Source of the DNA: Octopus vulgaris
Lineage: Eukaryota
DNA length: 64,000 nucleotides
Reading direction: 5' to 3'
Assembly: GCA_951406725.2 (NCBI GenBank)
Contig: OX597827.1
Span: 29,512,001 to 29,576,000 of the forward strand
Made by a program: the position numbers and the translations under genes. This document shows, one piece after another, positions 14,126 to 29,837 of the stretch. Below the pieces are notes generated by a model, which saw nothing but the letters and a program-made list of their open reading frames with translations, searched no databases and was not told the DNA's origin. The stretch's first letter is position 1. Each line of letters opens with the position of its first letter.

Positions 14126-14390
14126 GGACGCATGGCCTGGTGTTTAGGGTGTTTCACTCACGATCGCGTGATCTTGGTTTCAGTTCCTACACCTGGTGGT
14201 GCTTCGTGTTCTTGAGTAAAACACTTCATCTCACGTTACTCGGTGATCACTTCGACACCTGACACGTGGAACACCATGCACCTGTTCAGGTAAACGTCGA
14301 TTTGATGGAGTTAATGTACAGCATATAAACAATAAACAAATCATTTGTGCAGGCAAAAGTTGAACGCACAAGCGCCGTCTTCGACAGGAG
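14122..14390 (+). mobile_element. tRNA-derived SINE (third family)
   Basis: A-box-like TGGCCTGGTGTT, B-box-like GGTTTCAGTTCC, core GTGTTCTTGAGTAAAACACTT. A related core lies on the minus strand at 18810-18845. Confidence 0.55.
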
Positions 14391-14392
14391 AG

Positions 14393-14464
<72 letters not shown>

Positions 14465-14529
14465 TATGTGTATGTATGTATATATATATGTATGTGTGAG
14501 TGCATGTATGCATATACATATATTCCTAA

Positions 14530-14581
<52 letters not shown>

Positions 14582-14628
14582 ATATGTGTAAATAGAGTGT
14601 GTATGTTTACATACGTATGTGTGTGCGT

Positions 14629-14665
<37 letters not shown>

Positions 14666-15697
14666 TCAATTTTCATGGCTTAAGGTCCAGACAGTTGTGT
14701 CAAGTTGATGAATATCCTTCTGAAGAAATTGTGCCGAAGCCTATCATATGGCTTTACAGTCCAAGAGTACATAATTCTCATTCTCCACCACCACCGCCCC
14801 ATTTTTTCTCTTTTCTTTTCAGGAATTTTCAAACTTCCACCTTTAACCTTCCACTTTCTTCTCGTCTATCCTCGTAATTTCTGTTATTTTATCGTCCTGT
14901 TTTAGGTTTTATATGTCATGTGGGCAAACTCTGAGGATTGCCGAAGGCACCAGACGTGTTATAAAATGCCGAGTCGTTATCATCGCGTGAAACTATTGGT
15001 TGTTCATAAAAATATATATGGTGTTTATTAAGCAATTATACACGTGCGCGCTCACAGACACACACACCTGGGATATCTTTAATTGTCGGTCAGCAGAATC
15101 AAAGATAGCCTAGGGTTAAACAACAACAGCAGCAACAACGGCAGCGGAAACTACACACCTGCCTATTGTATCTTCTGCAGAAATGGCACCTGATCTTATG
15201 CAGTAACACAGATGTTTTGTTGTTCGATTACTCTTATTGTACTCTTGTTATTTGCATTTTCTTTTCATTTAGTTTACGCATTTAGTATGACAAGAATGGA
15301 ACAGCGTTGGACTGAGATAAGTTCCAACGTTTTTCTATGTCTTTCTATGCTCCCTTTCCATGTTCTATCGAAATTTAGGTTGGCATTCTGTATCATAGAG
15401 ACGTTCAGATAAATACCCGTGTATGGAGGATTAATTCATAGACACAGACACACACATATATACATATATGTGTGTGTATACATATTTATATATGAATGAA
15501 TATAGAGAGAGAGGAGAGAGAGAGAGAGGAAGGATGGAGGGAGAGATAGAGAGAGTGATACATATACAAGCACAAACATATATAAATATACACAAATTTA
15601 TATATGTATATATACATGTGTGTATCTGTGCATGCATGTATGGTCATTTCTCTCTCTCCCCCTCTCTCTCTCTCTCTCGCTCTTTCTCTCTCTCTCG

Positions 15698-15741
<44 letters not shown>

Positions 15742-15917
15742 ATACACACACACACATATACATGTATATACACATATATATAACTCTCCATCTGTTTGTT
15801 GATCTACTTAGCTAGCTATATGGCTATTTATTCATTTTTTCATTCATTTATTTACTTATACCTACGTTACTTCTACATCTATCTATCTATCTATCTATAT
15901 ATATATATATATATATA

Positions 15918-15990
<73 letters not shown>

Positions 15991-16297
15991 GTCTGTCTGT
16001 CTGTTTGTCTCTCTATTTAACTATCTATCTATCTATCTATCTATCTACCTGTCTCTCTACCTGTCTATCTATCTATCTCTTTCTCTCTGTCTGTCCATCT
16101 TTATATCTATGTGTCCATCAATTAACTTCCCATATAGCTATTCCCTTATTTATTTACCAGTGTCTATACTTCGCTTTCCCTCCCTCTATTTCTCTCTGCC
16201 TTTCTCTCAATCTTTTTACCTATCTCTCCATCAGCTTAGCTCTCTTTCTCTACCAATATATTAAGTTATCTATTTTCCCTCTCTGATCTTCTTTCTT

Positions 16298-16330
<33 letters not shown>

Positions 16331-16390
16331 ATATATATATATATATATATTAATCTATCTACCTATCTATTAATCTCTCTATATATATGC

Positions 16391-16431
<41 letters not shown>

Positions 16432-16637
16432 TTTATACATATGTGTGTGTGTGTATAAATGTATATATATATATCTTTTTCTTTCTCTCTTTGTCTGTCA
16501 TCCCCTTTCTCTCTCTGTCTTTTTCTTCATATACGTACATATAAATACATACATACATCCTCACACATGTGTACACACATACACACATACACACACACAC
16601 ACACGCACGCACGCACGCACACAGACACACACACACG

Positions 16638-16676
<39 letters not shown>

Positions 16677-16929
16677 ATTTATTTACTCTCACTTATTCAC
16701 CAAATTGACATTAAATTAAGGAGGTTTGTTGATAGGTTCATCACCGTTGACATTTACCGTATGGATGTGGCAGCAGCAAAACTAATTCTTTCATTCTTCT
16801 TCGTTTTCTTCACTTCTTTTTGTTTTTAAATTTTCTTCTCTTTCTTTTTTCTTTTTATTTTTTTCTGCGCAACCATCACTTTTATCAGCATCAACACCGC
16901 AACCACTAGAAGCATAACCACAATATTGT

Positions 16930-16972
16930 CATCATACCACCTCCACCACTACAACAACAACAACATTAACTG

Positions 16973-17028
<56 letters not shown>

Positions 17029-18200
17029 GTTGCAGAAACACCATGAACTACGTCAATCGATACTTGCACAACCGCAACCACCACTTAATGTCACAACCAA
17101 CAGCAGCGGCACCATCAAGGCCTAGACTAGCAGCTAACAAGAGTGGAAACCGCTACCATTAACAATACACCCCACCCCAGCCCCACCATGATCTGTTAGC
17201 CAACATAAGCTCCAAGATCGCACAACCAACAATACCACCGTCACCACCACCAACATCACCACTACTACCACTACCACCGCCTCTATTCCCATTACCATCA
17301 CCGCCATCACCACCGCCACCACCGCCACCACCGCCACCACCGCCACCGCCGCCACCACCACTACCACTACCGCCATTTCCACTACCACCGCCATCACCAC
17401 CACCGCCATCACCACTACTACCACCATCACCACCACTGCCATCACCACCACCGCCATCACCACCACCACAACCACCACCTCCATCACTACTACTACCACC
17501 ACAACCACCACCGCCATCACCACTACCACCAGCATCACCACCACCAACACAACCACTATCAACACTGTCATTATAACCACCACCACCGTCACCACTGTCA
17601 CCACCACCACTGCCGCCACACCAAAACCACCACCACAACCATCACTACCGTCACCCTCGACAGAGAAGCCGACATTAATAGCACCAACAACCATTTCGAA
17701 TGCAACCATTATCAGAAATACTAACACTCCAGCATCATCATCCTCACCAAATGCCACCACCATCATCATCATCGCCAATGCCACCGCCATGATCAACTAC
17801 GCTACTGTCATCCCCACAATTACCACCCGTGCCAACGCTATCACCACCACCATCAGCAAACGCTACTAACCTCCTCCACCATCATCGCCATCACCAACGC
17901 TACTACCACCACCACCGTCACCTACACTCTCGACCGCCAACAGTACTAACGCCACCGCCACCGTCCATCCATCATCACCGAAACACGGCCATTTTTAACA
18001 CCATCGCCATCACCAATACCACCACCACTACCACCACCACCACCATTTTCACCATCCATCCACTGAAACGCTATCATTTATTCTACCAATTCCATTGCAA
18101 TACCATCAACAAAAGCCCCGACACCATTGCCAACAACATCAACGAAAACATCGACAATGCAAACATCACCACCACCACACGAACCACCACCACCATCTGT
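16930..18200. repeat. (CCA)n/(CTA)n/(CAT)n degenerate trinucleotide low-complexity region
   Basis: Seen directly. Poly-T/P/H/V/G translations in all frames, with no domain. Confidence 0.85.
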
Positions 18201-18619
18201 TCATAGAAACATTACCATTAAACATTACCAACACATCTAGCACCATCGGCATCAGCTTTGCCGGAATCACCATCGTCAACACCAGCATCATTCCCATGAA
18301 GCATCACTATGTTGGTATAAAGACTATAATCAACAACGTGGAGTATGTTGGCGACAAAAGGCAAAGCATTTTGGGAAAACAGATTTATTTCTCTGCATCA
18401 ATAATGTTGTTTGTGTGTGTGCGTGTGTGCGTGTGTGTGCGTGTGTAACCCCAACCATCATTCCCCCCCATACCCAGGCTATTCTGCGCTACAACGTTTC
18501 CGACCATCAACAAATTAGGTGCCTCGGTTTAGTCGAATTTGTTTGGTTGCTTACTTGCTTACTCTTTCTTTGTAGACTGACTGATGTAATGTTCGCTCTT
18601 ACATTTTTGACACTGAACT

Positions 18620-18872
18620 GAACTGGTACTCGGTCGGTTAACACGACGAGTATTCCAGTTTTAATCCGATCAACAGAACAGCCTGCTCGTGAAGTTAACA
18701 CACAAGTGGCTGAGCACTCCACAGACACGCATATCCTTAATACAGTTCAAGGCTAGTCCTTTGAAATACATATACAACTCATTTTTAACAACTGGGTGAA
18801 CTAGGGCAACGTGAAATAAAGTGTCTTGCTCAAGAACACAATGCACCGCCAAGAATCGAACCCATGACCTAC
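18620..18872 (-). mobile_element. tRNA-derived SINE
   Basis: Minus strand has B-box GGGTTCGATTC followed by GTGTTCTTGAGCAAGACACTTTATTTCACGTTGC. Its tail is also seen at 30572-30622. Confidence 0.6.
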
Positions 18873-19399
18873 AGTCATGATTTTAGCTAGTACTGTGTGT
18901 ATAGACATGAATAATCTTTGTATTCTGATATTTTCTTGCACAGAAAGAGTTACGGGGATGCAAGCGAACCAACGCCGATTGTCAAGCAGTGCTGAGGGCC
19001 AAACAAAAGCAAGACACATGCACATAAATATATACATATATGTGTGTGTATGTATGTGTGTGTGTGCACGACGGGCTTCTTTCAGTTTCCGTCTACCAAA
19101 TCCTCTCACGAGATACTTACCCAAGGTGCTACGCAGCGGAACTGAACCAGTAATAATGTGGTTGGAAAACCATCTTCTTACAACAAAAGTAAGCCTCTTG
19201 ATTTTGTTTCTTGGGGAGTTTTAAGGGTATGTGATTAGCTTCCAAGAAGACAGAAGAACCGTCCTAACAGTATTGCTTATTTGAGGGCGATTTGAAAGTA
19301 TGTGCTGAGAGGGGAATAGCCCGTGGCTTTGACCTCAATAAGATGCAAGAAAAGTTATTGCTTGCAGAAATAGAAATCAGTCGCCCGAAAGATGTGGAC

Positions 19400-19770
19400 G
19401 CGCAGGGGTGGCAGTGTGGTAAGTAGCTTGCTTCCCACCCACATGGTTCCGGGTCCAATCCCCACCTTGGGCAAGTGTCTTCTACTACAGCCTCGGGCGG
19501 ACCAAAGCCTTGTGAGCAGATTTGGTAGACGGAAACTGAAAGAAACCCGTCGTATATATGTTTGTATGTTTGTGTGTGTGTTTGTCCCCCACCATCGCCT
19601 GACAACCGATGCTAGTGTGGTTACGTCCCCGTAACTAAGCGGTTCAGCAAAAGTGACCGATAGAGTAAGTACTAGGCGTACAAAAAATAAGTCCTGGGGG
19701 GTCGATTCGTTGGACTAAAGACGGTGCTCCAGCATGGCTGCAGGCAAATGAGTGAAACAAAAAAAGAATA
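19400..19770 (+). mobile_element. tRNA-derived SINE family S2 with composite tail
   Basis: GCAGGGGTGGCAGTGTGGTAAGTAGCTTG...CCTTGGGCAAGTGTCTT...GGTAGACGGAAACTGAAAGAA. Other copies or parts at 7478-7548, 19068-19185, 27705-27810, 28680-28870, 30343-30505 (minus) and 35545-35710, 44856-45020 (plus). Confidence 0.8.
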
Positions 19771-20731
19771 AAAGAACAACCTTAATCGGTTTTCGGATCT
19801 TATTGAACTGTCATCAGAGGCGGCTACATCAGTTCGACCAATCCCAGAGAAACATGCAGCCAATCTTTTTATATATTCAACAACTACTGTAGCTACACAA
19901 AACTAGAGCTACTAATTTGCAATTCGCAAGTGTTTACATTTTATCTTTAAGTATCAGGAAACTGCCAACAGGGATCGTAGTCACTCTGTATCAAGGTATG
20001 ATATAAAGTATGTAACCTATAAAGTGTATTCATGGATAGGGCTACGCACACGTAACAAAGTACCTCAGTACCTAAGTGCAATCGAAGTTGGGTTTCGCAT
20101 AACTTGAAAGAAGGCATTCCAGTAGTAATTACAGCTATAAGCCATTAAAAAAGATTGTGAGAATGTGCATACACTCGCGTAGACATGCAAACATATGAAA
20201 GGATAAAAGTAAAGAAGTGGAAACGGAGTTTGTATTCAAGCAGTGGTACCCATACTTATTCATATGTATTTGTGTGCATAGAAGTATATAGAACTCATTA
20301 GATGATTGTGTACATGCATACATGTGTGCGTGCGTTTTTGAATTCCAGTGGGAGAATTTGGATTCTGGATTAGAAACCGAGCCCCCGACTTTAGTGGGGA
20401 AATACGTAAAAATAGAAGCACCTGCGTACATACACATATTCCATTGTAGATCTATACATATAGACATACATACATGCATGCATACGTGCGTGCATATCCT
20501 ATAAATGTGCAGACACAGCTATACAAATACACACACACGCGCACACACGTGTATATGTATGTCCGTATGTATGTATGTATGTATACATGCTTTGTGTTTA
20601 AAACTCATTGAGCAAAATCGTGCGCACAATAGGTGTGATGTTAAATACATACATACATACATACATACATACATGCTTGTAAATATATACGTACAGTCAT
20701 ATATATATATACATACACGCCCATACATGTT

Positions 20732-20792
<61 letters not shown>

Positions 20793-21020
20793 TATTATAT
20801 ATATGTATATTTGCTTGTATGTTTATGTGTCTGTGTGTATGCACGTATGCATTATGCGTCCCCCTATATGTGTGTATATGCACGTATGCATGTGTGTGTA
20901 TGTGCGTGTGCGCGTGTGTGTGTGTGTGTTTGTGTATGTGTGTGTATGTATATATATATATTTATGTAGCTATGTATTTGCGTTTCGGTTTGTTATATGC
21001 GTGTGTAGGCAAGTATGCGC

Positions 21021-21140
<120 letters not shown>

Positions 21141-21355
21141 CCTGTGCTTGTGTATGGCAGAGAAAGACTGCGTTAAAATAAAAATGCCACAATTTGTTCA
21201 ATGCACGTAATTTTCTCGTTTATCTCGCTTGTCTCAAGTTAAGATGAGAAAACTTGCAGCAATTACCCCAGCTAGCAACTTATGTTTCAATAAATGTTGC
21301 CATCTCGGAGAAATTTTAACATATATTTCTTATAACTCCGAGGCAGAGGAGTTAA

Positions 21356-21420
21356 GGGGCGGGGTGGCTGCATGCCGATATATAAAACAATAACATACGT
21401 ACCCTGGGATTTGCTCAGCA
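21356..21420 (+). promoter_or_regulatory. Candidate Pol II core promoter (GC box plus TATA box)
   Basis: GGGGCGGGG at 21356-21364 and TATATAAAA at 21379-21387, in a short unique island between microsatellites. Confidence 0.35.
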
Positions 21421-21590
21421 GCGGAGTTTGAATTATGAAACACGAACAATGATAACAAGCATGAGAAATTGGTTAGATTGGGTGGAACATCGTCATGTTT
21501 TATGGACGAATGTACATACATATCCATACGTACACACATACATATACACATACACACATACATACACACATACATACATACATTCATACA

Positions 21591-21622
<32 letters not shown>

Positions 21623-21663
21623 CATATATATATATACACACACGCACACATATATATATATAT

Positions 21664-21746
<83 letters not shown>

Positions 21747-21749
21747 TAT

Positions 21750-21811
<62 letters not shown>

Positions 21812-21840
21812 ATAAGGGTTGTGTGTATAGATAGAGAGAT

Positions 21841-21910
<70 letters not shown>

Positions 21911-22159
21911 GTATATATGATGGTAGTGCAGAAAAGTGAGGAGAGCGAGAAATAAAGAGGGGGCAGTGTGAGGATGTTTGTTGACGGACGTTAGAAGGCA
22001 TGTACGCTCTATTCATACAGGTACGCATACTCAAATGCATATATATATACATACGGATTGAAGGATATATAAGCATGCGCATGTATGTATTCATGTATCT
22101 GTATGCACACACACACACACACATATATACATCTGTGTGTTTGTGTGTGTATGAATATG

Positions 22160-22204
<45 letters not shown>

Positions 22205-22386
22205 GTAAATGTATGTATATATATACATGCATATATATACATATGAAATATATAATATATATATATATACAGACATACATATATACATTACATATAAATA
22301 TATATACAGAATATATTTATATACAATATATATATATATATATATATACGTATATATATATATATATATATATATATACGCACACA

Positions 22387-22425
<39 letters not shown>

Positions 22426-22611
22426 TATGTATGTATACAATGTATTTATATATATACGTATATATATGCAAGTGTGTGTCTGTTTATCTGCCTGTGTGCG
22501 TGTATGTGTGTGTCAGTGTGAGTGTGTGTGTGTGTTTACGTGTGTGTGTATAGAGAGAGTGAGGCTAATGAGAGATAGAGACGGGGACAGCGGATCTCTT
22601 GCAACATCTAC

Positions 22612-22658
<47 letters not shown>

Positions 22659-22849
22659 CACCCATACATCATACGCATGTTCCAATTATGAGTTTCTGTG
22701 AAGGAAGAAGGTGAAGGCTGGAAATCAATCTGAGGAATGAAACCAATAATTTACAGTGCATTATGGGATAACTATAAGTCATTGATGCCTGCTGAGCAGC
22801 ACCTCATTTAATCGTTCGTTCGGAGTTTTTGTCTTTTTTTAAACTCATT

Positions 22850-23673
<824 letters not shown>

Positions 23674-23678
23674 TATGT

Positions 23679-24219
23679 ATACATGGGTACAGGATGTCAC
23701 CAACAGTAAACAACATGAAATATGAAAACAAATGATTGCAGTACGCAAACAACGAGAGAAACAAATGGAAAACATGTCAAGTAACATAAAGAACGATCCT
23801 TCATCAGTTGTCGGCTCTCTGTCTGCTCCTCATTTCGAGCATTGAACGACAACATGAGTTTTCGAAGAGAGTTACACTCATAAGTACCAAAATAAAATTT
23901 AGGATTTATGGATGGTCAAAGTTGGGAACAAAAAGACGACAATGTAGGCATACAAGGAAACCGAACGAAAACAAACGCGGAGGGTCGTTAGACCAGAACG
24001 AGGGTAAACTAGCGAACGCTGGAGAAATATTTCCTTTGACATGAGAAAAGATAGAAGAGAGAAATAGGATACGTCCGATCTTTAGGACAGCGCTGAGAGC
24101 AGGGTCGTTCTTTATGCTACTTATCCTATTTTCCATTTGTTTCTCTCCTTGTTTGTGCATTGAACTCATTTGTTTTCGTTTTTCATGTTGTTTACTGTTG
24201 GTGACGTCCTGTACCCATG

Positions 24220-24222
<3 letters not shown>
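23679..24222. mobile_element. Foldback cassette with ~120-bp inverted arms in (TA)n (probable PLE-type pLTR)
   Basis: Arm 23679-23800 is the imperfect reverse complement of 24101-24222. (TA)n lies on both sides. Confidence 0.65.
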
Positions 24223-24310
<88 letters not shown>

Positions 24311-24629
24311 CCACACATATATGAATATTCAACTTCAACGGTTTGGCTGAAGTGATGGCGACGGAATCTGAAATATCTTCCTATTTTATCAATTCTGAAA
24401 AGAAGCTGAGGAATGGGTCAATCGGTAGAGTGCTGGATAAACTGTCTGGTAGTATTCAGTTCCAGTAGTTTGCCTTTCTGGGTTCAACTCTGTCCGACAT
24501 CGACTTTTATGTTTCGTCATTTCAATAAAGTGCCGCTGAATTAATGGTATTAATCAGTACAGTGTTTTGAAAATCTTAATTATGGTATAAATTCCAAGAT
24601 TTAATATGTCTTTAATATTCTGCTACAGA

Positions 24630-25899
24630 GGACGGTGAAATGGCAGAATCGTTAGCAGGCCTGGCGAAATACTTAGCGGCATTGTGTCTGTCTTTAGCAT
24701 TTGAGTTCAAATTCCGTTGAGATCTGCTTTATCTTTTTTTTTTCAGGGTCGATAACTTAAGTTTCAGTCGAACAATGGCGTCGATCTAATCAACTTGCTG
24801 TCTCCCTCGAACTCGCTGGCTTAGTACCATAATCATTCTGCTACTGTTTCAAATACGTTGATACAGTTTTAAGAAATCTGTTAAAGAGAATTAAACAGCA
24901 ACGATGCTTTGTCCGCATGCAGAATCTGCAAGAGTTAGACTGAGATATTGCGAACTAATCTCTTTTTCTACTGCTGAATTAAGGCCATCTTGGGGCTGGA
25001 AACACTTCCGTATCTTCAGTATCTATCTGACGGCCATAAGCGTTTCAACCCTTGTCCTGTTCGCTGCGCCTAAGTAGGACAGCGGGGACTGGTTTAGTCT
25101 TCGTCTGCCGGAAGATATCTTCTATTGTCTTTCGTCAACCACTAGAACCTTTAGCTGATTTCAGCTGCTGTGCTTATCTCCTTGGTTGTAGTGAAACGTT
25201 TATCGATTACACCATCCCCAGTATTTCATAGATACTTATCTTTTTTACCACCTCGAAAGATGAAATGCAAAGTCGACCTCAGCGTGATTTGAACTCAGAA
25301 CTTAAAGACAGATCAAATACCGCTAAGCATTGTGTTCTGTATGGTAACAACTCTACCTGATAGCCACCTTATTCTTTCTAGTGTAGGTACACAGCCTGGG
25401 ATTTTGGGAGGATGGGGGCAGTCGATTACAGCGACCCCCTGTGCTCAGCTAGCATTTATTTTATCGACTCCGAAGGGATGAAAGGCAAAGTCGACCTCAG
25501 TGGGATTTGGACTCATAACATCAAGAGCCGGAAGATATGCAGCGCGGAATTTTGTACGCCGTGGGGTATGCCGTATCCCTATTCAGGCAACGTCGATTAG
25601 ATTGTCGGAATGAGCTGTTGTACAGTACAGACTTTTGGTCACGATTAACAAATCATTTGCGCAGGTTGCTCAGCAAGAAATTGCAGAAACGTCTTTCTCG
25701 GACTAACACACACACACACACACATTAGTAGTATTTCGTCTGTCTTTACGTTCTGAGTTCAAGTTCCGCCGAGATCTACTTTGCCTTTCATCCTTTCGGG
25801 GTCGATAAATTAAGTACCAGTTACATACTGGGGTCGATCTAATCGACTGAACCCCTCCCCCAATAATTCAATATTTCGGGCCTTGTGCCTAGAGTTGAG

Positions 25900-25955
<56 letters not shown>

Positions 25956-26780
25956 CCCATTTAACTTAGAGGCAGAGTCTGTCTGATAGGTTTCAGCACA
26001 GTCACCGTCTTCCGAATTTTAATCACAACTCGAGGTCATACATGCCACAAAGCGGAGTGCTCCAGCATGGCTGTAGCTCTCGAACTGAAACTAAAGATTT
26101 AAAAAATTAATAATGCGCCTACACAGATGTGCGTTTATTTATGTGTATGTGTGTCGATGTTTTGGGGTTTATATATATAAATGTATATGACTGTATTTTA
26201 TTATTTTTATCAACCAGATTTCCGTCGGAGAAACACATCTTCACCTTCCATCGCATTAATGTATATAAAATACGAGCAACATTCCCAATCTTATTGAAAT
26301 GATGGCATTTATCCGCAATAAAATCTGCAACCCAACGACAACCAAGAAAGTAAATCGAAATAATAAATAAATAAAAGGTAAGTAACTCAGATAAGATTTT
26401 TAAGAGTTACTTCCCCTGAAAACTGTTTGTTTTCACTACTATATTGGAGTTGGATTACCTCAGAAATATATAAATTGTCTTCTTATGTATTGACGTACAT
26501 TTCTGGTTTTCTTTAAGATGTCAGGTTTTTAACTTCAGCTTAACGCTATCAAATTCTTGGTAATCTTTTCTAATATAGCCATAGGCCCTAGAATTTGAGG
26601 TGAAGGTGATAGTCGAACATATCAACACCAGTGCTCGCCTGGTACTGAATTGATCGACCCCGAAAGGATGAAAGGTAAAGCCGACCTCGTCGGAATTTGA
26701 ACTCAGAACATAAAGACTGACGAAATGCCGTGAAGCATTTCGCTCGGCGTGCTTAACGATTCTGCCAGCTCGCCGTCTTA
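24630..26780. mobile_element. Region with several S1 SINE copies
   Basis: Copies at ~24632-24830 (+), 25200-25370 (-), 25380-25540 (-), 25730-25895 (+) and 26575-26780 (-), all sharing the GAGTTCAAATTCC / CATCCTTTCGGGGTCGA core. Confidence 0.75.
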
Positions 26781-27108
26781 ATTCTTGGTAATAATGCTAA
26801 TATATTGCGGTTATTTCATGTTATTTCATGCAACTGGTTATTGAAAAGACCGTTTATTGAAAAGACCTAAGAAACAAAGCCATTTTCAAATGTGTATCTA
26901 TCAAAATAATTGTATATTTCTGCATATAACTTGATCTTGCTCCATTCTAAATAAAACTGTCCGACGAACGAGAACGGGAAACTCCGAGTAACAGTTTTGT
27001 GATATTTTTGCTGCTTTTTAATAAAACATATTACTCTACCTGCGGTATTCGAGTACTACTTTTTTCTACCTTGTTTCGCATTTATGAGCTTACTCTGGTA
27101 TATATATA

Positions 27109-27671
27109 TTGGGTTGTCCGGAAAGTTCGTGCCGATTTTTAAAGGAAAGAAAAAGGTCAATAAATACTTGCCATTACATTTTTAATCAACCAAATATGAA
27201 CCATTCTGTTGCACAATGCGTCTCCATCTTTCCTTTGACTTGGAAATACCCTCTTCTCAGAACTGAGGTGGTTTCATGGCAAAGAATTCATCAAAGTATC
27301 TTTTTACCTCATCCAAGGAATTGAAATTTTTACCATTAAGACTATTCTGCTGAGACCTGAATAAGTGGAAATCCGAAGGAGCAATATCTGGTGAATATGG
27401 ATGGTGATGTAACACATACCAGCCGAGCTGCAGCAATTTTTGTCTGGTTCCCAATGCATCAAGTGCTGAAAATGAACTTTATCTTCCATTTTAAAGGGTT
27501 ACAGAATTAACACAGGTTATAGGGACATAAACCTTCTTCCACGAAAAGATAGCTTAAACTGTACTCTAAATGGAGGTGTAGTCAAATCCTATTTTATGGA
27601 CTCAACCATGTTCTAAAATAAGTCGAAAGGTAAGCTACTATAAATCGGCACGAACTTTCCGGACAACCCAA
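27109..27671 (-). mobile_element. Internally deleted mariner element
   Basis: Perfect 30-bp TIR TTGGGTTGTCCGGAAAGTTCGTGCCGATTT flanked by TA. Minus remnant TRQKLLQLGWYVLHHHPYSPDIAPSDFHLFRSQQNSLNGKNF. Confidence 0.92.
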
Positions 27672-28945
27672 TATATATGTATATATATAAACATATACAT
27701 ATACACGACCTGCTTCAGCCAGTTTCCGTCTACCAAATCCACTCTCAAAACGCTTTGGTTGGCGCCAGACTATAGTAGAAGACAATTGCTGAAGGTGTCA
27801 CGCCTGCGCCTATATAGTATAAAGACACAGTGTCACACATTTTGGAGGCGTTGATATCTAATTTGAATTTATGCTGTGAAGGATATTCATTCGTCAATAT
27901 ACAGGATGAATGGATCGTTCACATTTTTTGTTGAGAAAGTCAGAAAGAGCGAAATACAAGAGCGACAGCGAAGGAGTAGAGTACAAACGGAATCATCAAA
28001 CCGTGTGTACAATATTTTCCCCTAAGGTCTGGTCATGCAAAAGATAAAGCGCAGTGAATGGACTTTGTCGTTCGTGAGTCGGATTAAATATTTTGCGGTA
28101 TTTTTCCAGGTATTTTACCAAAAGGTAAAATTTGGTATCTAAATCCCGGAGGTTCATACATAAAATACCAGTCCATTCCAATGGATTGAAGGAATTGTTA
28201 GAATGTCAAATGAGATACCTTACGATATTTGTCCGAATTTTTGCACTCCGATTTGAAATTCTGGCTCCATTCTCTGACCACCTCTTAGAGAGGAAACAGG
28301 AAATAGTGTTAGGGAAACGCTTTCGAGAAAGGCCTCTAATGTCAGACAAATCGACGAGTCAGCAGGACCATTAGGCTAGTCGCATCAGTACAAAATCGAG
28401 TGAATCCTACACTTCCTACACTAAAGTGGGAGGAAAACTTTGAAGGGAAAAGACTTGACGAGGAAGCGAAGCGCATAACATTTGAAAGAGCTTCTAAGAC
28501 TGGTGAGATGAACGAGGCGGATGTACGGTTCAATAATAAGGCTTTTTACTATTTTCTTCGGGAATAAGTTTGGCGGAAAGTGAAACGCTGAGTGGCTGAC
28601 TTTCTGAGTAAGATGGAATAGTGACGCTGGTTAATGTGGAGCTTGGCAGAGATGTGCACTGCAGGAATGAGGGAGGGGTATTCTTTTATTTGTGTCAGTC
28701 ATTTGACTGCGGCCATGCTAGAGTACCGCCTTTAGTCGAGCAAATCGACCCCAGGACTTATTCTTTGTAAGCCTAGTACTTTTTCTATGGGTCTCTTTTG
28801 CAGAACCGATAAGTTACGGGGACGTAAACACACCAACGTTGGTTGTCAAGCGATGGTGTGGGGAACAAACACAGACACACAAACATACATACATACATAC
28901 ATACATACATACATACATACATACATACATACATACATACATACA

Positions 28946-28978
<33 letters not shown>

Positions 28979-29057
28979 GCATGCATGGATATATAAAAAT
29001 AACTCACACAGGTATAGAGGGAAAAATAATGAAAGATCATACGTACATAAGATTACC

Positions 29058-29117
29058 TGAGAACGGCCGTTTCTGGATTAGTTGAATATAAAGATCAACA
29101 TTTCCTTCGTCAGCTCA
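29058..29117 (-). ncRNA. Type I hammerhead motif
   Basis: Minus: TGAG-CTGACGA-aGGA..GTTGA/TCAAC..TCCa-GAAA-CGGCCG-TT^CTCA. Confidence 0.7.
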
Positions 29118-29777
29118 AATATTTCTTTTTATTTGGATTTGAGAGCACTAAAAATCGCACATACCCGTCTGATATGAGTAATCCCAGACAGACCATCTTC
29201 GACCGCCAGTACCAACGAATTCAAAAATACAAATGAGGCCTCGCATTCTTCCCCTTCCTCCCACGTGAGTTACAGAGCGATACATTCCTACAGAGAGAAC
29301 TGTAGTTTAATTTCAGGGAGAGAGAATTATATTGTCAATAATAAAAGGGTAAAACTAATTAATTATTAATTAATTTTACCAAGTAGTATTCAGTATGTAA
29401 AAAGACCATTTACGGTATATTTTAAACATTACCTTATATAATTAGGGTTCAGTAAAATAATTTACTTTACCACACACCGAACTTTTAGAAACAGAAGCCA
29501 AAAAATCTTAGCTATTTCTTCTACTATAAGAAAAATCTCCCAGACAATGCATACTCAAAAATAACTCACACAGGTACAGAGGGAAAAATAACGAAAGATC
29601 ATACGTACATACTCGTAAGATTACCTGAGAACGGCCGTTTCTGGATTAGTTGAATATAAAGATCAACAATTTTTGAATTCGTTGGTACTGACGGTCGAAG
29701 ATGGTTTGTCTGGGATTACTCATATCAAACGGGTATTCGACTTTTAGTGCTCTCAAATCCAAATCAAAAGAAATCTT

Positions 29778-29837
29778 TGAGCTGACGAAGGAAATGTTGA
29801 TTTTTATATTCAACTAATCCAGAAACGGCCGTTCTCA
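29778..29837 (+). ncRNA. Type I hammerhead motif (inverted-arm copy)
   Basis: TGAG (29778), CTGACGA (29782-29788), GAAA (29822-29825), CGGCCG, TT^CTCA. Confidence 0.7.

Noticed and set aside
17134-17796. Mucin-like or Gly/Val-rich ORFs
   Set aside because: Degenerate (CCA)n low complexity with no signal peptide, domain or splice support.
19267-19400. Protein-like stretch YCLFEGDLKVCAERGIARGFDLNKMQEKLLLAEIEISRPKDVD
   Set aside because: No recognisable domain, no donor site, and it runs directly into a SINE.
19400-19470. tRNA genes at SINE heads
   Set aside because: Only A/B-box remnants are present, with no cloverleaf, and they continue into SINE core sequence.
23800-23875. Hammerhead in the 23679-24222 cassette (CTGATGA and CGAAA on the minus strand)
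   Set aside because: The motif order and stems cannot be assembled into a consistent fold.
27960-28680. Unique, higher-GC stretch with several short ORFs
   Set aside because: No motif recognised in any frame. It may be a decayed TE ORF1, but this is unsupported.
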